Source of the DNA: Candidatus Latescibacterota bacterium
GTDB taxonomy: Bacteria > Latescibacterota > UBA2968 > GCA-2709665
Length of the DNA stretch: 64,000 nucleotides
Assembly: GCA_965219455.1 (NCBI GenBank)
Contig: OZ244744.1
Coordinates: forward strand, 3,936,001 to 4,000,000
Reading direction: 5' to 3'
The notes below the pieces were generated by a model, which ran no database searches, had not been told where the DNA came from, and was given only the letters and a program-made list of their open reading frames with translations. Numbering within the stretch: the stretch's first letter is position 1; the number at the start of each line of letters is the position of its first letter. Positions 19,001 through 26,292 of the stretch are shown here, piece after piece. The translations under genes and the position numbers were made by a program.

Positions 19001-19634
19001 ATTGCGAAATATCCTGGACGAAATCGCTTACGAAATTGAAAAGGCGGTGCGCAACACAAAAGAGGCCTGGCGTGACGTCCGGAACACCCGACCCATTCGG
19101 CAAGGACCGCGAACGGTTCGTCACCCACGATCGGGTCGCTCGTCTTTCCGATTCTCCGATCTGGCCACTGACGGGAGCTGCGCCATGCGATACGCCCTCG
19201 CGTTCGTTCTGAAAGCCACAGCGATTTTGTTTGGACTCGGCGGCCTGATGGGCCCCGTGTTCTCCGGTTTCCAGCCGTCCGGCTTCCGCCTGGCCCCGCT
19301 CGATTTCAGCATGGGGCTTGTGGTTGTCGCCATCGCGCTGGTCTTCTGGCTGGCCGGGTGCAGGGTCCACGCGTCGGCCGAGCACAAGCGGTACGCGCAG
19401 TATCAACATCGGCTGCTCAGACTCGCTCGCGAGAAAGGCGGAAGCCTCACGGTTCTGGAGGCTGCTACCGACGGCAGCATGACCGTCGAAAAAGCGGCTG
19501 AAATCCTGGGCGATTTGGCCGTCGGCGGCAGCGCCGAGGTGCGCGTTTCCGAGTCCGGTCTTGTTGTCTATCACTTTCCTGAAGTTGAACGCGGGGCCGA
19601 AAAATACCGGGCGAAACCGGTGGATGACCTTTGA
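18993..19634 (+). CDS. Two-TM membrane protein with C-terminal winged-helix domain
   Basis: Overlaps the pspA stop; two hydrophobic segments, then LLRLAREKGGSLTVLEAA...KAAEILGDL...G...GLVVYHFP. Confidence 0.75.
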   Translation: MRELRNILDEIAYEIEKAVRNTKEAWRDVRNTRPIRQGPRTVRHPRSGRSSFRFSDLATDGSCAMRYALAFVLKATAILFGLGGLMGPVFSGFQPSGFRLAPLDFSMGLVVVAIALVFWLAGCRVHASAEHKRYAQYQHRLLRLAREKGGSLTVLEAATDGSMTVEKAAEILGDLAVGGSAEVRVSESGLVVYHFPEVERGAEKYRAKPVDDL

Positions 19635-19645
19635 TATCTTAAACA

Positions 19646-19829
19646 GTGTTCTGTCCCATAAATTTCTCACCATTCGGCCGCCGATTCATCCCGTCTCGCG
19701 GCGTTGCCTTCGCTCGCCGACCTTACGCAGGTCGCCTGCACTCTGGCGCTGGTTCCTGAGCCGGTCGAAGGATGCGAGCCGGGCGACTCGACTGCCGAAT
19801 TCTGGCAACCTATTTCTGGGACAGAACAC
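19646..19829. mobile_element. 184-bp MITE with 18-bp terminal inverted repeats (IS630-like ends)
   Basis: GTGTTCTGTCCCATAAAT (19646-19663) versus ATTTCTGGGACAGAACAC (19812-19829), 17/18 inverted match; no transposase; GC-rich hairpin-forming interior. Confidence 0.7.
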
Positions 19830-19844
19830 GGACGGAGGGATGTC

Positions 19845-20060
19845 ATGTTTGAAGTTGGCATTGGAATTGCGCTAATTGTTCTCGCGGCGGCGGTCCACAA
19901 ATATGTAGATCGGCAAACCAAAGGCTTCATGCCCGGCAAAGTGGAAGAGCGCCTGAATGTCCGGCTGGACGACCTTGACCGAAGACTGACGGATATCCAG
20001 GAAATCATGATCGCGATCGACGAAAAGCTGACTCGGCCGGGCTCGCGAGGGACCTCGTGA
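19845..20060 (+). CDS. Small single-TM coiled-coil protein (PspB-like)
   Basis: GGAGG RBS; MFEVGIGIALIVLAAAV TM followed by RLDDLDRRLTDIQEIMIAIDEKL coiled coil. Confidence 0.7.
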   Translation: MFEVGIGIALIVLAAAVHKYVDRQTKGFMPGKVEERLNVRLDDLDRRLTDIQEIMIAIDEKLTRPGSRGTS

Positions 20061-20153
20061 TCGGCGAACGCGCGGGCATTGGGGATCCGAGAGAAACCGG
20101 ATCGAGCAACTGCGCCCGGATCAAGCCTACTCAACAACAAGAGGCGTTGAACC

Positions 20154-20528
20154 ATGAACAAAAAGCGGATTCACGTCGGTGAGCGGATTCAGGATGGAGC
20201 GGTTATCGTCTCCGTGAGTGGCGATCCCATTGCACGGCCGGATGTAGCGCCCCTGCGACGCAAAATACGAAACCTGGTCAACGACGGCGCCAGGACGGTC
20301 GTGGTCGACCTTTCAAGGGTGAATCGACTCGGCGCCGCCTTGCTGGGGGAGTTGATCAGGGGTCTGACCACCATAAGAGACGTAGGCGGGGACCTGAAGC
20401 TGAGCGGCGTTTCGGGTCGGATCGAGAGAGTCCTCGCGGTAACGAGACTCTCACGCTTATTCAAGATTGCCTATGCGGGAACCGGTCCGCCGGACGCAGA
20501 CCACAGAACTGTTAAAAAGGTGGCTTGA
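20154..20528 (+). CDS. STAS-domain protein (anti-sigma antagonist-like)
   Basis: VIVSVSGD, VVVDLSRV, LGELI, GGDLKLSG, VLAVTRL; the canonical DSS/TG serine is absent. Confidence 0.85.
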   Translation: MNKKRIHVGERIQDGAVIVSVSGDPIARPDVAPLRRKIRNLVNDGARTVVVDLSRVNRLGAALLGELIRGLTTIRDVGGDLKLSGVSGRIERVLAVTRLSRLFKIAYAGTGPPDADHRTVKKVA

Positions 20529-20595
20529 GACTTCAGTGTATAGGAAATCCACTGCTTGATTTTCGAAACGCGGGGAATCCGGAGGAGGGAACGGA

Positions 20596-21180
20596 ATGAG
20601 CTGGATATTGGAAATGGCGTTAGCCTTATGCCTGTTGATGATTGCGGGTGGGTTTTCAGTCTATCTGATGACTCCCGGTAACAAAAAGCCGAGCGGATCC
20701 ACGGTGGGGATTTTCCTGGCTGTGGCGGCCGTGGGGTTCGTAATCTGGGCCTTAACGTCTGAACGGTGGAACTTGCTTCCAGGTACTGATAATATTCCTG
20801 AACTGACCGAAGCCGGCAGTGCCGGCGGCATGTCGGGCGAAGGCTTGAAGCTATTCCTGGACAATCAACGGCGATTGGAATCCGCTGCCAAAAAACTCGA
20901 AGGCATCGCGAACAGGCTCGAACTGGCTCAATCTGGAACGGGTCTGGGTATCGCAATGGAAATTGGCATCGGAATCTGTCTGATAATTTTTGCCGGGGGC
21001 CTCGTGAGCTATATACACCTCAGGAAAAAGAGGGAGGGCAAAGGGATGAGTCCCGACCGGGCGAGACGAATGGAAACGCGGCTCGACACAGTGGATCAGC
21101 GTTTAAATGAATTCCAGGACGTCCTGATATCCATTGACGACAGGCTGAACCGGTTGAAGGGAAACAAAGTCGCAGGTTGA
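20596..21180 (+). CDS. Three-TM membrane protein ending in a PspB-like module
   Basis: C-terminal MEIGIGICLIIFAGG...RLDTVDQRLNEFQDVLISIDDRL is paralogous to 19845..20060; GGAGG RBS. Confidence 0.75.
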   Translation: MSWILEMALALCLLMIAGGFSVYLMTPGNKKPSGSTVGIFLAVAAVGFVIWALTSERWNLLPGTDNIPELTEAGSAGGMSGEGLKLFLDNQRRLESAAKKLEGIANRLELAQSGTGLGIAMEIGIGICLIIFAGGLVSYIHLRKKREGKGMSPDRARRMETRLDTVDQRLNEFQDVLISIDDRLNRLKGNKVAG

Positions 21181-21303
21181 TCAGCATTGGGACCGGTTAA
21201 CGCCGGTGCAATCCAGCGTTGACGAGGGTTCCTGGTCTCTCGTGAAACTCAGGATAGGATCTTTCATTAAATAAAACACCCGAAAAACAGAAAGGACAGA
21301 GCC

Positions 21304-21480
21304 ATGCTCGCAAAGATTCTCGGTATCATACTCATTGCCATCGGCGCATACCTCGGTATTTTCGAAGCGATCAAGCTGATCGGCGTGTCCCTGGAAGTCC
21401 TGTTTCTGCTCCTGAAACTGCTGGTTTCGTTCGTCCTTATTTACGTGGGTTATCGGCTGCTTGCGAGTGACTCCAGGTAA
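21304..21480 (+). CDS. 58-aa two-TM membrane protein (not in ORF track)
   Basis: AAGGA RBS; MLAKILGIILIAIGAYLGIFEAIKLIGVSLEVLFLLLKLLVSFVLIYVGYRLLASDSR*; fills the gap before the ECF sigma. Confidence 0.75.
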   Translation: MLAKILGIILIAIGAYLGIFEAIKLIGVSLEVLFLLLKLLVSFVLIYVGYRLLASDSR

Positions 21481-21508
21481 TTGACCCTCCTTTCGAGAGG
21501 ATATCCCA

Positions 21509-22087
21509 TTGATGGAAAACGAACGGCATCTGGTCCGGAGGGCCGTCAAAGGTGACGCGGCTGCCTTCGGCATACTTTATAAGGCCTGCCATGAACAGAT
21601 CTACGCCACGATGGTGCGACGAACCAGCGATCCTGAAACCGCGCAGGATCTCGTGCAAACCGCCTTTTTAAGGGCATATACCGCCATGGGTTCCTACCGG
21701 GGAGAGGCTGCGTTTGCCACCTGGCTTACGCAAATCGCGCTGAACGTACATAGATCCCACTTCCGCAAACAGCAGGTGCGCCGGAGGTGGATAAAGGTAT
21801 CCGAAGACCCCGCGGCCCTTGCCGAAGCTACGCGCCTGCCCGCTTGCGGCGAAAATCCTGAGATTTCGACCCAGCGAAACCAGCACCGCGAACTCGTCAG
21901 GAAGAGTATTCGCGCATTGCCGGCCAGATATCGCAAGGTCGTCTGGATGCGTTACGTCCGGGACTGGACATACAAGGAGATTACCCGGGAGTTGCAGCTT
22001 CCAATGGGTACGGTCAAGACCTGGCTCAACCGTGGAAGGTACCAATTGAAGGGCGAATTCAGAAAACGGGGGTTGGACCCCTTCTGA
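21509..22087 (+). CDS. ECF-family RNA polymerase sigma factor
   Basis: GDAAAFGILY, AQDLVQTAFLRAY, FATWLTQIALN, LPARYR, YKEI...GTVKTWLNRGR. Start is 21509 (TTG) or 21512 (ATG). Confidence 0.93.
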   Translation: MMENERHLVRRAVKGDAAAFGILYKACHEQIYATMVRRTSDPETAQDLVQTAFLRAYTAMGSYRGEAAFATWLTQIALNVHRSHFRKQQVRRRWIKVSEDPAALAEATRLPACGENPEISTQRNQHRELVRKSIRALPARYRKVVWMRYVRDWTYKEITRELQLPMGTVKTWLNRGRYQLKGEFRKRGLDPF

Positions 22088-22347
22088 GATGGCGCGCCGC
22101 GGGGTTCCGGACGCGTAGAGTTGAGGGCCGGGTCGGTTCGGCGGTTGAGCTCACGCCAGGCTCGCGGGCGACTTCGCAGGTAGGGAACGACCCGGCGCCC
22201 GTCGTCATCGGCGAAACCCATCGCAATTTTGTGTTGACGTAAAGAATATTCTATATCACATTTCGCAGCGCGGCGCGCATGCCTGGCATGCGCCTGCCTC
22301 TTTCCCACTTACCGTGTGGTACGTGCAAAATCAAGCAGACCCGCAGA

Positions 22348-22968
22348 ATGGAGCCATATTTGGATGCCTGGTGGACGGATCTGACCACGCTCAACCAGAT
22401 TTTCTACGTCGTGGCGATTTTTTTCAGTGCGTTTTTCGTCTGGCAACTCCTGGTGGTTCTACTTGGTCTTGGAGACGGTTCGGATGCAGGCGTTTCCGGA
22501 GATACAAACCTCGGCGACGCCGGCCCGGAACTTAACGACGGACTGGAAGACGGTACGGTTGCTTCTTTCAAACTGCTATCCGTCAGGTCCCTGATCGCCT
22601 TCGGCATGCTGTTCGGGTGGGCGGGCGCCCTGTATCTGGAGAAAGGGTTGGATATTCAGACCGCCCTACTTTACGCGCTTGTCTGGGGCAGTGCGGGCAT
22701 GGCGGTCGTGGCCTATTTTTTCCGCGGAATCCGGCAGCTTACAGAGACTGGAAACGCCAGCCTGGATACATGCGTTGGTACGTCGGGCGAGGTATATTTG
22801 GATATCCCGGAAGGCGGCACCGGACAGGTCCGGGTGATGGAGAGCGGCGCCGTCGCCTACGTATCTGCCCGCGGAAAAAATGGCATGCCCATCTCAACCA
22901 ATACGCCGGTCCGCATTCTACGTGTGCTCGATCCAACCACGCTTGAGGTCGAGCCGTTGGTGTCCTGA
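22348..22968 (+). CDS. NfeD-like (YuaF/YqiJ-type) flotillin partner
   Basis: Three hydrophobic segments, then an OB-fold-like VGTSGEVYLDIP...GQVRV...VRIL; directly upstream of flotillin. Confidence 0.85.
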   Translation: MEPYLDAWWTDLTTLNQIFYVVAIFFSAFFVWQLLVVLLGLGDGSDAGVSGDTNLGDAGPELNDGLEDGTVASFKLLSVRSLIAFGMLFGWAGALYLEKGLDIQTALLYALVWGSAGMAVVAYFFRGIRQLTETGNASLDTCVGTSGEVYLDIPEGGTGQVRVMESGAVAYVSARGKNGMPISTNTPVRILRVLDPTTLEVEPLVS

Positions 22969-23120
22969 GTGGATTTTGGTTCAAATGTCTATGTTTCCAG
23001 TATTTCCTAATTGTCTGATTGCGCCGATGGATGAGACAGGAAGGGTTTTCAACCCGCACGGGATTCGCTCCGGGATAGATCTCAATCAGAGGTGAAATAT
23101 CCAATTGAGGAGGGATTGCA

Positions 23121-24635
23121 ATGGCAACTGAGACGATACTGACAATTATAATGCTGTTAGTGGTATTTCTGCTCTTCGTGACGTTTATTTCCAGGTACAG
23201 GCGGTGTCCATCCAACAAGATACTGGTCGTCTACGGCAAGACCGGACAGGGGGCGGCAAAATGCGTTCACGGGGGCGCTGCCTTCGTTCTTCCGCTCCTT
23301 CAGGACTATGAGTATCTGGACCTGGAGCCGTTTGTCGTTCCCATAGACCTGGACAACGCCCTTTCACAGGAGAACATCCGCGTGTCCGTTCCGACAACCG
23401 TCACGGCGGCGGTTTCAAATCAGGCGGGCGTGATGCAGAATGCGGCAGTTCGTCTCCTGGGTCTTTCACGCGAACAAATCGAGAGTCAGGCGCAGGACAT
23501 CATCCTCGGTCAGATGCGGGCGGTGATAGCCACCATGGAAATCGAAGAAATCAACCGGGACCGGCAGGCTTTCATGTTCAAGGTTAATGAAGCAGTCTCC
23601 ACCGAAATGGAGAAAATCGGCCTGGCCGTGATTAACGTGAACATCAAGGATATTGAAGACGAAAGCGGTTATATCAAGGCTCTCGGGCAAAAGGCCGCGG
23701 CCGAAGCTATCAACCAGGCGACCATCGACGTGGCCGAGCAGGAGAAGACGGGCAAGGTGGGTGTGGCCGAGCGGGAACGGGACCAGCGCACCGACGTGGC
23801 TGCTGCGCATGCGGCCGCCGACATCGGCGAGGCCGAAGCCGCCAGGGACCGGCGCCAAAGGGTTGCCGCCCTCGAATCCGAAGCCCAGATCGGCGAGGCC
23901 GAGGCCACGAGAAACAAACGCCAGATGGTCTCTACTCTGGAAGCGGAAGCGGTCCAGGCCGAGGCCGGGGCCGAGGCAAAAAAGGCCGGTTATATGGCAC
24001 AGCAGACGGTGTCCGAGGAGGTCGCGCGGCAAAAGGGGCAGGAGGCGGCGAAGGCAGCGGACGGCGCCATCCGGGTTGCCCAGGAACGGGCTGAGAAAGA
24101 AGCCGAGGATGCCCGGGCGCTGCGCGAAGTAGCGCGACTGAGAGCGGAAATCGTCGTACAGGCCGATGCGCAAAAGCAGAAGCTGGTCGTACAGGCGGAG
24201 GCCGAGAAGGAGCAGAGGACACTTGTGGCGCAGGGGGAAGCTGCTGCCATTTTGGCACAGAAGCAAGCCGAAGCCGAGGGCACTCAGGCCATCCTGGACG
24301 CCAAGGCGGAGGGCTACAAGGAGTTGGTGGCCGCATGCGGAGGAAACGACCAGGCTGCCGCAGCCTTCCTCATCGTGGAACGGCTGACCGAGGTCGCAGG
24401 TATCCAGGCCGAAGCCATCAAGAATCTGCCCCTGGAGAAGATCATGGTGTGGGATGGTGGCAACGGACAGGGTGGTATGTCCAACCTCGGCCAGCGGCTG
24501 ATGGGCGCCATTCCTCCGATGCACGAACTGGCAAAGTTGGCGGGCCTGGAACTGCCGGAGTTTTTGGGCCGCTTGGCCGGCCAGACCGATCCGACGAGCG
24601 CCGCTGTAGACAAACCGGAAACGCCATCGGAATAG
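23121..24635 (+). CDS. Flotillin (SPFH/band 7) family protein
   Basis: RYRRCPSNKILVVYG, GGAAFVLP, ALSQENIRV, GQMRAVIATMEIEEINRDR, Ala/Glu-rich coiled coil, KIMVWDGG. Confidence 0.95.
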   Translation: MATETILTIIMLLVVFLLFVTFISRYRRCPSNKILVVYGKTGQGAAKCVHGGAAFVLPLLQDYEYLDLEPFVVPIDLDNALSQENIRVSVPTTVTAAVSNQAGVMQNAAVRLLGLSREQIESQAQDIILGQMRAVIATMEIEEINRDRQAFMFKVNEAVSTEMEKIGLAVINVNIKDIEDESGYIKALGQKAAAEAINQATIDVAEQEKTGKVGVAERERDQRTDVAAAHAAADIGEAEAARDRRQRVAALESEAQIGEAEATRNKRQMVSTLEAEAVQAEAGAEAKKAGYMAQQTVSEEVARQKGQEAAKAADGAIRVAQERAEKEAEDARALREVARLRAEIVVQADAQKQKLVVQAEAEKEQRTLVAQGEAAAILAQKQAEAEGTQAILDAKAEGYKELVAACGGNDQAAAAFLIVERLTEVAGIQAEAIKNLPLEKIMVWDGGNGQGGMSNLGQRLMGAIPPMHELAKLAGLELPEFLGRLAGQTDPTSAAVDKPETPSE

Positions 24636-24659
24636 TCACGCTTCATCAGGAGTCACGGA

Positions 24660-26288
24660 TTGAAAAGACCCGCAATACCGGACAACGGGCCGGACGCTGC
24701 CAACCACATCGGTATCGCTCAGTCCCTGCCTGAATCCGAGCATGCCGAAGCCCGGCGGTGCTGCCGCGACGGCGATACCTCGATGGAAACCGGCGACCTG
24801 GCGAAAGCCGAGGCCGCCTACCGGGCGGCGTTATCCGCCGACGTCGAGAATATGCGGGCGCGCCACAATCTGGGTGTTGTCTACTACAGGCAGGGCAACT
24901 GGCGGGACGCGCTGACCTGCTTTACGCGCTGCCTTGCTCGTGCGCCGGAACACGGTGCGGGCTTGTATTTCAATGTAGGCCTCTGCCGGCTAAAAGGGGG
25001 CGTTAACGGAGCTTTGCAGGCCTTTGAAGCCGCCACCGCAGGTAATCCGGACCATCTTGAGGCGCAATTTCAGTTGGCGCTTTTGCAGGCCGAAGGCGTG
25101 GATTCGGGATCGAACGGCCGGCAACGAGCCGTTGAAGCGCTTCGCTACATTCTCGAGGCCGTGGACCGGGGCGTGCCATTCGCCAATGTAGACGGTACCT
25201 GCTTCTTGCTCGCCAGCTTTCTCGACGACCTTCCGGACAACATCGATGAAGCCATCCTGGTCTATCGCCGAGGGTTGGAAGCGAATCCGCTGTTCGCCCC
25301 AGGCCATAACAACCTTGGCGTTCTGCTCATGGAAACGGGTCAGACCCTCCAGGCCCTTGGCGCATTCAAGATAGCCATCCAGCTCGAGCCGGACTATGAG
25401 CTACCCTACAGAAACCTGGCGCACCTTCTTTTTGATCACAAGAATTCGGCACAGATGGAACAGGAATACACTTCCATTATTGAGGAATTCGGCGCAAAGG
25501 CAGCCTCGGTCCTGGCACGCTTATCCCTTGAACTCATCGACCTGGGACGTGTGCAGGTGGGAGAGAGCCTGTATACGCGGGGTCACCAGATCAAGAACCT
25601 GATGGGTCTGGTCGGGAGCCGTACGCGCCGGCTTATTCGAAGGGTCCCGCAGAAAGACACCGTTCTCGACGATCTGAGAAACATCGCCCGCGACCAGGAA
25701 CACATTTACGACCAATGGGTCGCCTATCTGCGCAGCATGAAACAGGATCCGCTGAACCCCTCTCTGGTGGATATTCCGCAACTCGTGGGCAAAATCAAGG
25801 AGACGATCTCGACCCGGACCGGCGGCGCAGCGCTCCGCTTTGCATCTGAACCGCAGGTTCCCCAGGTCAAGGTCGATCCCGGCATGCTGCGTGAAGCCGT
25901 CACCAATCTGATTCTCAACGCGCTTGACGCCGTAGATGAGGATGGAGCGGTCACGGTTCAGGCAGGCTACGACAACAAGCGGGCGTCGGTCTTCATCGAA
26001 GTGGAAGACAACGGACCCGGCATATCCGAAGCCATTCAGGCCAGGATCTTCGATCCCGGATTTTCCACCAAGGAAAAAGGCAATGGCTTCGGCCTCAGCA
26101 TCTGTTCCCGCATTGTATCCGCCCATAGGGGAAGCCTGCGCATGATCAGCCGTCCGGGCGCCGGCGCCGTGTTCCGCATCGACCTTCCGGTGGACTTCGA
26201 ACTTGCCTCCGGACCCGAAAGTATCGGCTGGAGTGGCGATCCGATATCTACCTCGCGGCTGCCGCTGGCCGAAGAATTCATCGAGTAA
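24660..26288 (+). CDS. Cytoplasmic TPR-domain sensor histidine kinase
   Basis: N-terminal TPRs (HNLGVVYY, HNNLGVLL); H-box GHQIKN, N-box NLILNALDA, DNGPGI, IFDPGFSTK, GNGFGL; no TM segment; AGGAG RBS before TTG. Confidence 0.9.
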   Translation: MKRPAIPDNGPDAANHIGIAQSLPESEHAEARRCCRDGDTSMETGDLAKAEAAYRAALSADVENMRARHNLGVVYYRQGNWRDALTCFTRCLARAPEHGAGLYFNVGLCRLKGGVNGALQAFEAATAGNPDHLEAQFQLALLQAEGVDSGSNGRQRAVEALRYILEAVDRGVPFANVDGTCFLLASFLDDLPDNIDEAILVYRRGLEANPLFAPGHNNLGVLLMETGQTLQALGAFKIAIQLEPDYELPYRNLAHLLFDHKNSAQMEQEYTSIIEEFGAKAASVLARLSLELIDLGRVQVGESLYTRGHQIKNLMGLVGSRTRRLIRRVPQKDTVLDDLRNIARDQEHIYDQWVAYLRSMKQDPLNPSLVDIPQLVGKIKETISTRTGGAALRFASEPQVPQVKVDPGMLREAVTNLILNALDAVDEDGAVTVQAGYDNKRASVFIEVEDNGPGISEAIQARIFDPGFSTKEKGNGFGLSICSRIVSAHRGSLRMISRPGAGAVFRIDLPVDFELASGPESIGWSGDPISTSRLPLAEEFIE

Positions 26289-26292
26289 CCTT

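Noticed and set aside
19704-19844. N-terminal extension of the PspB-like ORF
   Set aside because: It runs through the MITE; the RBS supports ATG 19845.
22284-22297. Second sigma54 promoter before nfeD (TGGCATGCGCCTGC)
   Set aside because: GG-GC spacing is 9 nt rather than the strictly required 10.
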